Source: Styela clava
Taxonomy: Eukaryota
Assembly: GCF_964204865.1 (NCBI RefSeq)
Contig: NC_135250.1
Location: 26,908,001-26,972,000 of the forward strand
DNA length: 64,000 nucleotides
Reading direction: 5' to 3'
The notes below the pieces were generated by a model. It searched no databases, was not told where the DNA came from, and saw nothing but the letters and a program-made list of their open reading frames with translations. Made by a program: the position numbers and the translations under genes. This document shows, piece after piece, positions 48,001 through 63,000 of the stretch; position 1 is the first letter of the stretch; every line of letters begins with the position of its first letter.

Positions 48001-51000
48001 GAAAATTTAAATTGGGATGTGTAATCTGCTATGCAAAAACATTTGAGTCTATAACCGCTGGGGTATCACACCCTATTTTATGTTTTGTCATGTGTCCCTG
48101 AAATCTCTATACCTTTGTTTGTGGTTATTTGTGTATATATAATGTTGCCTTTTGTGTTGGCCAGTGAGTCAAAATTATCAGTAACCATGCCAAATCTATT
48201 TGAATCTGTATAACTGAGCCATAACAATGGAATGAATATTTGAAAAAACCACATTACATGAAAATTCAATTTGAATGAGGAAACGTCCAAAGTGATCTTT
48301 TATTTATTACTGAGTAGTACTAGGCAGAATATATAAAACTAAATTTTCCATTTTGAACAAATTATTTGATGGTTTATGCTTGATATGGGTAAATTACTAT
48401 TTGATAAAATGTAATTGTTTATTTATTACATTATTCAATTTAATTTCAATAAATATTCAAAAGGCCTTGCTGTAAAATTTACAAATTTATGTTATAAACT
48501 TTTTTTTTTTGAGTTTTGTCTCATCGAATTTGTCTCGAATTTCCCTCTTGTTTTAGTCGTGACACTAGTGACATCTTGATATGTAATCGAAATTAACTTA
48601 CATTCTAATATATGGTAAATAAAAACATTAGGACGTAACATATTAAGATACGAAAGAATAAGAAATCCCAGATGTGCAGAATTCTGGGAGATAAATATAT
48701 TTTTATATACGATGTATTTATATGCTCTGTATAACCAGCCACTGCTTGGTATGAGAGCAAGGGAGAAAAAGCAAGACAAAGGATAAAGTTTTTTTTTACA
48801 GTATTTGAATGACTTTTGTTCTGAAGAAGTCTTTGAACAAGCAGCCACTGATAGTTAACGAACTATTGTAGTTTGGAAGAACCAGAATCATTCCAGTTTG
48901 GCATTGCCTACCCAATTTATCGTACAGTGAATGGGTTGGTCGCGGTGGGATTTAAACTCTCGATTTTTTTAATCGGCGATGCCAACATAGTTAATGCAAA
49001 TGCTTCAACCACAGAGCCATATTGTTCATAGATATAATTTTTTATCTCTTATCTCCTCTATTATCTATTTCACAGATGTGTTCTTGCTCAAAACATTGAT
49101 CCATCAAAGCACATTGATACAGTGAAAATGCATTTTGAAAATAAGAAACGTTCGAACGGCGGGCGTGTGAAAAGTGTTATCAGAATGATTGATGGATTGC
49201 TCATTGTATTTGAGAGTAAAGAAGGTATGTTGATAATTGTGAAATAGAAATATTTATATTTGAAAATATCTTTGCAGCACTTATTATTTTATGATAGACA
49301 ATAAAATAGTTACTGTATATTCTCACATATACGCCGTTCGAGCATATAAGCCGGCTCTCTGAAAACCGGTCTTAAAACGACGATTTTATAAAAATTCGCA
49401 TATAAGCAGACCCTACGAATCTTACCACGTCGTACACACCTATCACAGTCAGGATATCAAATTGTAAAAAAAATAGTTAACTTCTGACAGAATAAAATAG
49501 CGAATACTAATTTTAAGAATGTTTATCTAAATTTTTCTGTAATTTTAGTTTTTTACGAATTTACAACAGTCAGACAAGCCCAATAAGACAGTCTAATCAT
49601 GTGGTGAACCACGGCCTCTTATCCAGTTACCAATCCTTGTCAGGTGTAGGAATAATTTCACTGTTTTTTTTTTCAGATACATAAAGTTAAAGTCTGTTAT
49701 ATTCTTTCAATTTTTTTTTATCTTGTTTCAGATTGTGAGTCATGTTCAGGAAAACAAGATCAAAAGTTTGATGGAAAAGACATCTCTATATTTCCTAAAT
49801 CAATTCCTTCATATTTTGAGCAAACCTTTATCATTGAGGTAACACTATTTTGAATCATCAGATTTACGGTATATGTATTTCTGTTCAATGTGCAACGCTA
49901 TCACAGTCAGGATGAGATTTTTTAAACTTATCCCAGGGGGAGGGGAGAGAGGAAAAGATGGCTTAATCATATGGCAGCCTCTCGTCCAGTCAACAGTCCA
50001 TGTCGAGTATGAAATTAGTTAGCCAGTCATTTCGGATGCATAGACAGGATGTTGGAAAAAGCCAAAGCAAAAAGTCAGCGGTTACTCAAACCACCCTACA
50101 ACAACAAGGAGTGGTCCTGTTGCACATAATTATCCCCTGTGGGATGCAAACTTGCACAGGGTCATCAGAGGTGTTATAGAAATCGTATTCCTATAGCTCA
50201 TCATATTGCACCCCATTCAATGTTCTAAATACTAGAACAAAGTACTATATAGTGGAATGTTTTTATGAATTTTTGCTTATCGCAACTATGCTTATTTCAA
50301 TTATCCTGCTATACCAAATTCAATACTTCTTTTGAACATGCCCAACCAACACTAATCTTTGACCCCAGATTAACTATTCTTCTACTTTACCATTTCACAA
50401 AATTTTTTTATTCTCATTTTGAAAGTGTTATAGCGAGTTGGGGCTTACAAACTGCTTTATATGCTTCATAACTAATATTTTGATTCAAATTATTTTATTA
50501 CAAAGTTCCAATTCTAGCCTAATCTTTTACAGGTTTTTTGAGACTAATTTTTGATTACTTCAACTACACTTAAAATCCTTGGCCGACAATTGACCAATGA
50601 GTTATGTAATTCATATCAAAATTTTAAAACAGATACAGTAATACAACCATTCCCTAAAAAGCATCTCACTTATTATCTATTTTACGTAATTAAACCAAGT
50701 ATAAACAAGATGATTGGTGAAACATCCGATAAGCACATATTTTATATTCCAAATTCAGAAATATTATTCCAGAATGTATCCATAATAATAAATTATACAC
50801 CACTCTCATTTCAGTTTCCCATTCATACCATTTACAGGGAGTTGGAGAAGCAACAACACAAGATACTTTGACAATGTACCTTGAAACTAGCTCTACTAAT
50901 GAAGCGTCGCCTGTATCTTTGAAAAAACAAGATATACAGGGCGTTTATCTCGTAGAATATGGAGATGATTTTGGTGGGTTCAGATTCTCATTTCCGGTAA

Positions 51001-54000
51001 AAAATATACCAAATTTCTTGTTATGAATACCCTTGGAAGAACTTTACTTTATAATCCATATCATTAATCAGTCTAAATGTAGGGCTATCAATCAAGGATA
51101 GGATTTTCATATTTATACTTAATCATATCACCTTTGCCTCTCATTCGATTACAGTTTCTATCGGGTGCGAGAATAGTTAATCCTCCCAGCTATTTTAGGA
51201 GTTTACCTTTTCAGAAATACATTTTTGGGTACTTCTGTAGTATGTGTACCACGTTGAGCTTAGGCTGTAATTTTATTCTGATTTTCTATATTTTAGTTCT
51301 ATTACGAGTTTGGGGACTGTCTGTGTCAGCTAATTGAATATACCTCCTGCCCATAGGCTTCTGTCCATTTACAAATCTTGATGTAAAGTAAGCGAAAAAA
51401 ATTTGTTACCACCATATTGGTACATATATTTCTGGAGCGCCCATTTTTGAGTGACACCTTGTGAGTCTGCAAAATTTGCGCACTCAGAATATTTTTAAAA
51501 CAGCTAAAATCCATAAAAAGTACAATATTTTTTGCATTCCTGAGAAATACCCAAATTCCTTTACACCTAATACTTATTATAACTTTCATACAGATATCAG
51601 TGAAAGAGATTCATTTTTGGAAAAAATTAGGAAGAAACCTTTGGAAGACCGGACTTTGAAAGTAAGCTGAAGTTCTTGCATCAATTATTGTTTTATTGAT
51701 ACTGGTATCAAACGATTTTGTTCAGTGTGACTACAGTTGGCATGGTAGCCAGTAAGCAAATGTTTCATTTTCAATGATTGTGAAAGTCGTACAAACCACT
51801 TTCCAGCAATCCTTCTCACGAAATCATCAAGCATAGGATCCAAAGCAGCGAGCCAGCATGTGAAAATAATGTACCACATACTCGAATGGTATATACTAGT
51901 GACTCAAACTAATCTCAAATCATAGTCAATTTACTTTAAATCAATGTAGTCATTACAAATGGTTCCTAGTCATTGCTAGTAGCGCCCAGATAATTACTCT
52001 TTGTCGCCACAGTGGGGCCAAGGTCCCAGTTTAAGAAACTTTGGTCTGTGCAGTGGCTGAAATATTCCTAAATTTGAACTTTCTTTTATTCCGTGCTTCT
52101 TTGCCATTACATTTTTCAGGCTTCAAGGCTTTTAAGAACTGATTGCCTAAAAGCATCAGGAATTCCAGATTCAGTAACAAATGATACAATCAGACTTACG
52201 TTTGAGAGTAAGAAAAGAACTGATGGTGGGCCTGTGACAAGAATTGATAGAATTGAAAATCAAATTACTTTGGTCTACTTTGCATCCTATATTGGTAAGT
52301 ATTGAAATTTAGTGCATCATACTTTTTTCCAATTACCAGATTCGGTATAGGAATAGTTTTTTTCCCATTTTTTTTTCGAGAAGAATTTGCTAAAACCGCA
52401 GTCAGATGTGCTCATTCAAAACTAGAAGAGACTGATCTCAGAGTAAAGTTATGGATGGCCACTAAAATGATACATGCAAGACTTTTATCCAGTTGGTAAG
52501 GTTTTTTCTCCAAGAGAATTTGCTAAAACCACAGTCCGGTGTACCCATTCAGAACTAGGGGAGACTGATCTCTGAGCAAAGTAACAGGCAGCCATTAAAA
52601 TGACCATAGCTACTGAAACTGTTACTAATAACAAATATCTACCACACCCTAAAATGGACCCCCCCCCCCCCCCCCCCCAGTAACTTGAAAAGCTGGGGAA
52701 CATACTGTCGCCAACTATAAGGTTTTACAAATACTAATTTTTTTATTCACTATAACATTAGCCGCCACTTGAAAGCGGAACATGAATGAAAGCACCAATA
52801 AATATGACTCAATTGAAAGCATATCAAGTATGACTCAGCAGGTAGAACGGTACTAAGTATGTGTACCAGGTTAGGGTTAGGTCATAATTTAATTCCGATT
52901 TTCCTTATTTTAGTTCTATCGCGAGTTCGGGGACTGTCTGTGTTAGCCAAGTGAATATATCCCCTGCCTATAGGTTTCAGTCCCTTTACACAACTTGATG
53001 TAAAGTAAGCGAACAAAATTAGTTACCTCCATATTGGTACACATACCGGTACTTCTAGAGCGCCGGTAAAACACTGTTGTCACTGTCATTACACAGACAC
53101 AACAAAGTTGGAAATAAACTGAATTATGCCAATATAAATGACCAGTGACCACAATTACTACATTCATTCTACAGTCGCCAATTTTGACAAAAAAATTAAA
53201 ATTTCTGTTAAACTCTTTAGATACTGCTCGAGTGTGTAGAAGATTCAAAAAACCTAGTTCTGAATCAATTATTATTGGGCAACATCCTGTTGAAGTTGAA
53301 TTGTATTTTCATTCACTCTCAAATCTACATAAAAGTGTTGAAAAAAGTGAAAACGGGAAAAATCTACGAAAAGGTGGCAAAAAAGGTAAAAAATAAGATT
53401 GGATTTTTTATGTTTATTTATTTTGTTTGAGAGGAGAAAGACAGTGAAGTGGCTTAATCATATGGCAGACTGAGAGGAAAGTGGGGTAAGCTGGCTCTCA
53501 TCCAGTTACCAATCTATGTCGGGTATGGTAATAGGTAATCAGTTATTCATTTATCTGTGTGGGCTTCATGGTGGAGGAAGTCATAATTGACCAGCAGTTA
53601 CATGAACCATCTCACGAAGGTGAGAAGTCTAGCAATCCTATTGTCCATAATTGTTTCTCATGGTACTTTGCCGTCACATCCCCTTTAAACATTTAGAATA
53701 ATGCACCAAACATCAAGTTTCATTATATATTTTCTTCAATGTCCATAGACTACAGATGATCCCCATCGGTACTTTCTTTTTTATAACTTTTGTTAGAAAC
53801 AAGACCCTTTCTGCCCAATGCATTATACCTTCGGTTAGTTGGTGATCATGGGAGTAACCTGCGATGCCAACACATCTTAGTTTGTCGCTTCAACTTCTAT
53901 GCCCATAATTTTTTTCCGAAGCATGACTTTTTAATATTCACTCATTCCTTTTCATTTTAAATTCAGATCCACCCAAGCCTACTCCAAGATCTCAAAAAAA

Positions 54001-57000
54001 TGAAACACTGAGCACTTACATTTACAAACCTGAATGTCATGATAAAATTTTCTTCTTCATTCGACTAACTAAAGCGCAAGTTAACAAAATAAAAGACGTT
54101 TTCAAAGATTTGGCCAATGTTGAATTGTGTCATACTGCAAAAGAAGGGAAATTTGTCAAGTTTGTTCCAGAAAAGGTATTAACCAGAAAAAGTTTACATA
54201 TGTTGTAGCTGACAAACCTGTTTACGTTTAATTGAATCAGAATGCCATGAACTTATCTTTAAATTACCTCGTCTGTCATGTGTGGAGTCGTTTGCTTTCA
54301 TTGTTATGAACAAGACTCGAATATCCGTCGCCTGTATGTCTTTCATTTCCGGCTTTTCTTAGTATTTAAATGTTTGATTTTTTTCTACAGTATAATTTAA
54401 TGTTAGACTTCCTCCATAGCTGACGCTGCTAAATAACTATTACTGGTTTATCGAGTCTCCTTTCACAATAGAATGCATTTTTTTTATCTGTCTTTTGTCT
54501 GTACGTACAATGCGTATTTTTGGCAAGTGTAAAATAATTTACTGATTACTGATTAGTTTCAGTGATCTGTTGGAGTCATTATATGAGTTCATTTAGTCAT
54601 TCATTTTGTTCAGTCTGTTTTGATTTATCATTTAAGGTCATTGGGGACATTTTTCCTATTGTTCTTTTTACAGGATCCAGGCATGGACACCCAAGATGGA
54701 TTCGATACTGAATGCAAAACAAGATTTGATGATTTCATTACCAAGTTTTTAACTTTGACTCAAACATTTGACAAAGATAAATTAAGCAAAGCAATATCAC
54801 TCAACGTTTGTCCTTATTTGAATAAACCAGAAACTAAGAATGATATCAACATCAGGTTAGTGATTATTTCACTTTTCCGTTTTCTTTTTTAAAAACTTTC
54901 AGTTTCTATTAAGCCGCCCCACTGTGATGTCACAGAGCTGTGAGCATGTGACATCACAGTGATAGTTCAATTGCTGCCATTACAAGTTAACTAACTGCAG
55001 AGGTGTAGCTGAGGCTGCCCTTTTGCACGTTTGGTGATTTAGGAGGAAGTTACAGTAGGCAATTTATGAAGTTTTGCCAGTCCGCTTCTAAATGCTGTTT
55101 TACAATGAAACAATTGCACCCATCTCATTAAACTTTGGCATATACTTTTGTTTGGTTGTATTTTTTTACTATATGGTGCATTAATTTTATGTTGTGATCT
55201 TAATATGTTTTGATGCACAAGGCCGCGCACTAAAAATATCATAAAAAAAATTGCAGGGAGTCTGTCATGAAATTTTTTTCAAGTTTGAGAACCACTGCAC
55301 TAGACCATCTTACCCACATGTGTTAAATTTTGCATTCAAACAGGGTGATAATCAATGTTGTTCATAATAGATGACATAATATGAATCATTGTTTTCAAAT
55401 ACTTATTCTATTTACGACTGAATTTTTGTTTTCATGTCTTCAATTTATTCAGGTGGCAACCCAATCAACCAATAGTAACTGTAACAGGATTGAAAGAATC
55501 TGTTGATAAAATAATGAAAGAAATTGAAACTTCTATCAATTCAACTGTTGCTGAAATGTCAGTTAATGAAGAACAATACAGGTGAATATTCCCTTTTTGT
55601 GGAATGCCGATTTATACAGATAACTTTTAATGTTTGTTTGTTTATTTGCTTCATGCCAACATGTGTTGGAATTATTATGCCATTGCCATTATGGACAAAC
55701 CCATGCAATTTGTAATGAAAGTTTGTTAAAATTCAAAGATAAAACTGATTATTCTTGATTTGAAATAAATCTGTCTTATTGAATAGACTCCATTCCAGAG
55801 TTTGGTTAATTAATAAACGTATGACTATGAAAATTTGTTTTATTTTCAAACCTTGACTGCAGAAATCTGAAATTGTGACTTGGTGGAAATTGAAAATTCG
55901 ACTTAGGAATTAAAAAATATATACCTATGGTTCTGACTCTGGTATTAAAAAAACTGCCCCTGTTTCTAATTATTTGATGGGTAAAGAACTCGTTCTTTTA
56001 ACAAAAAATATTAATCCTAATGCAATTCTGGTTGAATTGAACAGGAGCGCAAAAACGGCGAAAAGTATGTAAACAAATTGATATTATTACAGGAGATATA
56101 TTCAGTTCCTTCCAATGGTTAAATAAAAATGATCTTGGGAAGTTGTAGTGGGGACAATAAATTATAAAGTATTTGAGGTTTCATTTTCCAAGCAAGCATC
56201 GCAAAGTCCACCATTCAACCAACTCCTAAACACTCGTTCCTCTTTACGAAGTAACTTTATTAAATTAGGGCTGTTTGATCCATATTATGCTACTCTATTG
56301 ACAGAATTCTTACAAACTGCGGAATACTGTCCGAACTTCAAGCTAAGCATAAGAAAGTACAATTGGTACTAGATGATACAAAGCACAGTGTGACGCTACA
56401 AGGACCTGAAGTCGATGTTTCAAGGATTCAAATTGATGCTTTGACTATATTGAATGTTAGTCATGAATTTTTTCATATTTGTTAGGGTAGCATAACATAA
56501 TTCTTATTTTTTTCAATTGCTTTGTTGGAATATTATATAATACTTCTTATTAGCCGGAGGAGAATTAGTCTGGGTGATACACACAGTTTGCAATACCAGT
56601 AACGTTAATATACTAGAATTTAAATAGGTTTAAATTTGGTTTGAAGTGGACATAGCTACCATTAAAATGAAAAATTTAAAGAGAAGCTGTATCAAACCAA
56701 TACTTTCAACTGTTCAACTGGCCACAGCACATTGTTCATGGTGCTTTGACATAATGCTCTGCAGCCCTCAAGGTTTATTATCTGTTTTATCCCGTGCATC
56801 ATTAAATGTAAAAAGTTACTAATTATATGCAAATACAAGTGTCTGATAGTGAAAATAAGACGTTCCTATTGTATCCTCTATTATGTTTAGTGAAACTAAC
56901 AAGTTTGTACCAGTTACTGTTTGGTCCAAATGGCTACTGTTTTGCTCTTCCCTGGATAATATATGAAAATAAACTGTAAAAACATTACTTGAGTTTACGT

Positions 57001-60000
57001 ATATCTGAGTCAAATTTTTAAGCCATAAAAATCACTCATATTCAAATTACAGAAATAAGGTTTTTAAAAAAACTATACTGGGTTAGGAAGCCCATCAATG
57101 CATCTGGAACATTGAAAATGAACTGCGTATTAACATATATAAACTACCATTGTATCAAGACAATAGTTAGTGATTGGATTTCCATACAAATTCTTTTCAT
57201 CTTTATATATTTACAGGATAAAAATCAATCCAATTCTCTTCTTGACATTTGATTAACCAATAAATTCCTCATTTCATAACAGACTGTTGAAAAAAGAAAA
57301 TTATCAGATGTAGATGAGAGCATAGTTAGATATTTATTGGAATCAGCATCTCAGTCTAACATCGTCATATCAAAAATACAAGACAAACTGAAGATCGATA
57401 ACATCAAAGGTATCGGTGGTTATACTGTAAATATAATACTATTAAATTTGGGCGTGTGAAATGTTTTTAAGTGTGCTTTTTTGTCTAGAAGTATATTGAG
57501 TGCCCGACATTGCGTTATATTACGCGAATATATGTTATTTTTTTCTGTTCCGGCCATTTCAATTTTTTGCCGGTCGGCGAGTACATTTAATCTAATTTTA
57601 CCGGTCCACCAGGGTAGAAAGGTTGGGAACCGCTGGCCTACTTCACATCAAGTTGTATAAAGGGACTGAAACATATGGGCAGGGGGGATATTCACTTGTC
57701 TAACACAGGGAGGTCCTGAACTCGTAATAGAACTGAAATAAGGAAAATCGCATTGAAATATTGGCCTAACCCTAACCTGGTACATACACTATGAGAGTAT
57801 ATAAATTTGTTCATTAACACTGACTGTGTTCATATATTAACATAATAGATAAATACAAATAGCTGACACAATGAAATAATTATTCAAATTACAAACAAAT
57901 GATAATATAATTATAGTATATGTCATATGAAATTGTATACTGTACATGCTGGTATTTTATAAGGGTCTTCTTTGTAAATAAAATGAAATAATGCTTTGCA
58001 AGGGTTAGCGAATGCACTCGCTATCAAAGCTCTGATTACGCTGTGTGGGTTCTAGACCCAATTATGAGGGTGAGGGTATTGTCTTTTCAATTTTGCCCGT
58101 CCCCCTCCATGAAACAAACATGAAAATCATATTATGCAACTCGTTTACTTACAGCTTCTCTCGGAATTGATGATGACGAGCTTTGTTTGAGAGTTCGGTC
58201 AGATGACGATTTCAAAAAAGCCATTCGTATTATCAAAGAAATGGTTGCCACGGAAACAATAAAAACAGACCAATCTCGATCGAGTCTGGTGAAATCTCCT
58301 GCATGGAGAGGATTTCAACAAAATCTTAAAAAATCTGGAATATACGGACTTTATATAAAAGTAGGTGGAAAATACACTGTTAAAAATTTGTATTGAATAA
58401 TATGCTGGTTAGATGTAGCAGGTTCAAACTCAGTTGAGTTCTCCCATTTTCATGATTCTTTCCACTTTTAAAAAATCACTTGCCACCTGCTCCTCTACAA
58501 AAATGTATAGTTTTGCTTTTAGTGCATTGTTATTAGTTAATGCATGTGCCACGTTTAATAATAAAAACTAAAAAAAAGCAATAGAATGAATGTTTTACAG
58601 TTGAAGTATCGAACAAACCACAGTCAATTTTTTTAAAATTAATTTAGACCATGAATCAGTTAATTTTGTGAAAGAGGATTACTGGAATCCTCACTGCTGT
58701 AGGATGGTTCACGTTACTGCTGGCCGGTTGCGGCTTTCTTCACCATCGAGTCCATGCATGCGAGGTATTTTGATAGAAGAGCAGAGGGCCATAAGCAATG
58801 GCAATCTTTGGAAACATGCCAAAATTAGTTTCTATTAAAATGATTTTTATGTTCTTTTTCAGCCCAATCAAAGTCTCATATTAGTATCAGAACTTTCAGA
58901 ATTAAGAATTTTGAAGAACAAAGTCAACTCATTTCTGGATGAAAATTCAATCAAGTGCATTTATATTACAATGAAATATGGACAAGCAAAATTTATCGTG
59001 GAAAGATCTGAAGAATATTCTACTGAGAAATGCAAACAGAAATCAATAAAATGTAGTTTAACTCCTGAAAACGGAGGTGGATTATGCATTGAAGGAAAAA
59101 GGAAACCACTTGAAGATGGTGAGGTTTATTGCGGGGGCAAAATAGAGGATCTTAAATGATAGCCAGGGTATTAATGTGTTAGAGTTAACTGTGTTGGCAA
59201 CGCAATTCCACATCTCGGCTTCGAATCTCATCTCAACCAAAGTTGTAATAAATTGGGTTGGCAATGCCAAACAGCGAAAAAAATGGTCCTTCTAATTAAT
59301 AGTATGATAATAGGATTTACATTTTACGTACGATATTATTATAGAGTAATCAGAGTTGTGATGACAAGCACATTCATAATGCTTGGCGTGATGCCTCATG
59401 TGTCGAGCCATATTATTAGGCTTCTTCTCAACTTTCTATTTTCAGCTTGTCAGCTCTCTTTTAACAAAAATAAAGATAAAAACATCTCATTGTGCTATTC
59501 TAACTTTTAATGTACGATATTATTACAGCACATTCGGCACTAACACTTCTCCAAAATCAAGTGACTGAACAGACAACCAATCTAAACATCGCTGGAATTA
59601 AGGAATATTTTCATACTAAAGGAGGCAAAAAGTTTTTATCAACAACTGAAAAAATGAATGATTGTATCATTTTAATGTCGCCCCTCTGTGAGGAATGGGT
59701 TAAATTCAACCCAGAGGCTAAGCAGCAAGCTCCTGTCCCAAGGTCGAGAAGTAGAAGGCCTGCTTCTTCGGTGAGTGTGTAAAAATTGGCTATGTTAATG
59801 TATAGTTAATCAGCGACAGCAGTTTATCCAGATGCTACCAGTAGTACTTCTATCTGTAAACAATCTGTAAACTATCATCCCTAACCTTGGAAAGACATGC
59901 AAACAACCTCATTTTTCCCCATTAGATATCACTGGCAAAGTACTCTATTCAGTAATAGACGAGGATACTTTTCTTCTGGCTGTGGGCAGTGATATGCACC

Positions 60001-63000
60001 TCACTATGACGATGAAGAAGTCTATCAATTCTCTTGCACAGAATTATCTTCTGCCAGATTCAAACTTGTAGGCTTAGGATGGGTGCTCGATAATGACAAC
60101 ACATACCTAATACAATGCTACTTTACATTACTTTGTTTAACTTCTTATTTTCTTGTCACATAGAATACAAGGGCACAACAATTGGCTTCTGTGACCTTGG
60201 CAAATTCATCAGTGACCTTGACTGTTTGGAAAGTTGACATCACAAAGCATACCTGTGATGTCATAGTAAACACATCAAATCCAGAATTAAAGTTGTTGGC
60301 AGGTGGAGTGTCTGGTGTCATCAAAAACTTAGGTAATGATTTGGATTTCATAATATTTATTTGGTACACCTGAAATATGCGTACCAAGAGGCAAGGCAGC
60401 AATATGCGGACATCGGAGCGTAGTATGTGTACCAGGTTAGGGTTAGGCCATAATTTTATTTCAATTTTTTTTCCCTATTTTAGTTCTATTATGAGTTTGG
60501 GGACTAACCAAGTGACTACCGTAGTATTTGTAGCTAAAATTATGGCCTAACCCTAACTTGGTACACATACTTCAGGAGCGCCAGTTATTTTAAAGCATTC
60601 TCCACTTAGTAGGTAGGTCCAACATGGTAACCACTAGTACTAAGCCAGAGGTTTCATCTGATTTCAATCGTTGTTCACAATTTTCATCTTTATTGAAACA
60701 TTAGCTAAGTATATGCACAACACAAACTTTTGGACAGTTAAAAGACTATATTGTGCACATAAATATTTGTTTTACAATACTACTAAGTAAGTAAAAAACA
60801 TTAGTAATACTACACACAAACACGAAGTTGAATTCCTCAACTAGAACTGTTGAATTCCCTGTTTAAGCAATCATGCTCAGTTGCTCACTGCCGCGCCCTA
60901 TTTTTAGAATTTGTCTCGCCCCCTCCTCAAATATAACTACCGGTATTTAACAATAAGCTACAAATAGCATATATTTTATTCAAAAGCACGTTGAAAATAT
61001 GTGGATGGAATCGCAATCTCTCAACAATGAAGAAATGTAAATATCCAAGAAAAGACCGTCAAAATCAAATCTAACAAATATTTTTATTTTCAATTAGTTT
61101 CATGCCGCCGCAAAAATTTGTCTATGCCCCCTTTGACAAAACTGTCTCAGCAGCAAATAAATTCCTTAGTTGCACTATTGCTAGATGCAGTGACAATATC
61201 GGTCCCACATCTGTTTTGCAATAGATGATGCCAAATAGTCTCTACCTTGGGTGTCGTTGCTAAATAACCAGCTTTGGTTCCCCGTGGCTTTCAGTGAAAT
61301 TTGTATTCAATATTATTCTTTGAATTTTGCTTTTACTTCACTGGATGGGAAAAATAAACTTGACTATGACTGTATAATATACAACAATGAATAAACTGCT
61401 CGGTATAAAAAATTGAAGATTATTTTATTTTTACATTCTATATCAAGATGTCAAAAATGGAAATCAAATTCAAACAGAAATGAACAGAATTATAAGTAGT
61501 AACCGTGGAAACCTTCTGCCTGGTGATGCAGTTTTAACTGGGGCTGGAAATTTACCTTCTTGCAAAAAGATTGTCCATGCGGTTGGTCCAAGGTATGTGG
61601 ATGTTGTTATTTTGGAAATTCGTTTAAACCAGATTAAGAAACCCCCGTAGAAATTAATGAAATGCAAAAAAGTAAAGTGAATATAGAATATCATTTTCAT
61701 TGTTATTCTTGGCAGAGAGAAGTCAAGAAGGTCGCTTAATCATATGACAAACCATGGCCTCTCGTCCGGTTACTATTTCATGCTAGTTCTCACAAAGTTG
61801 TGACTTCAAACAAGGCTCTGTACATGCAGTCAATAATTTCTGAAAAGCTACTGTTTTGTTGCTCACAGTCTGCTCTGTTATTTGTTTTAGATCAGTGGTT
61901 CTCGAACATTTTAAGTCGTGCACCATTTTTAGAATTTGTCAAGTCCTGTGCCCCACATCAAAAAAAAGGCGCACAAGATCAAATCTAACATTTATTTTTA
62001 TTTTTAAATATCTACACAACCCATAAAAAAATCCACGGTTTTAGATGCATTCACCTGATAATGGAGGGGGAAGCTGTAAGTGACCAGCAATTACCTAAAC
62101 CACCCCACAACATAGAAGTGTCCAGCAATTCTCTTGCACATAATTATCCCCCAAGGGATTTGAACTTACGCATGGTAATCAGAGGTGCAATGAAAAGTGT
62201 ATTCCTAATGATTAGCACAATGCACCAACCGCCAAGCTAAATTTGTTCAACAAAATGAATGTCCTTCTATTTTCCACACTTAGATGGGATTCTCAGTCAG
62301 ATAGAAGTGATCCGTCTCTCTTGTTGAAAGCCTGTGTTTCAAAATCCCTTGAAGAAGTTGAAAACCATCAACTAAAGTCAATAGCCATGCCAGCAATTAG
62401 TTGTGGAGTTTTTGGTGGAAATGCAAGAACCTGCATTCCGTTAATTTTAGAAGCAATAGCAGAGTATTTTAAAGATACCGCTAGTTCTGTGATAACAAAG
62501 GTAAGTTTGATGAGTAAAATAGAATCAATATTAGAAAAAAAGGCAACGAAAGAGCGTACATTGGTGCATAGGTGACGCATATAGTGAGTATATAATACAA
62601 AACGATAGAAAAAGCTTGTTGAACCTATAAAATATGGTATAACATGATTGTGTTATCTTAACAGTCCTGCTAAAATAGATATCAAATTATAATATAGGCC
62701 CTATCAGATGCGATTACACGAAACTAAATCGCTATTCTTTCTCTATACTTTTGCACTAAAAGATTCGTTCATAATGTAACATTACTGTAGTAGGAATGAA
62801 AATGACCATTCTTTTCAATTAAAGAGTATTGCCACAAAATACAAATGTTATTTCAGTAAGAATTCATCTGACAATTAGATTATTAACTTATTTTTAGATC
62901 GACCTTGTTGAAAACAGCAAACAAGATATTCTTGATGAGTTAGTGAGGAATATTAAGAAACATGGGACGAATTCTTCCCCTTCAAATTCTACGGCCCAGT

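Noticed and set aside
56093-56117. Micro-exon after TTACAG
   Set aside because: Exit phase is incompatible with exon 16; exons 15 and 16 join cleanly without it.
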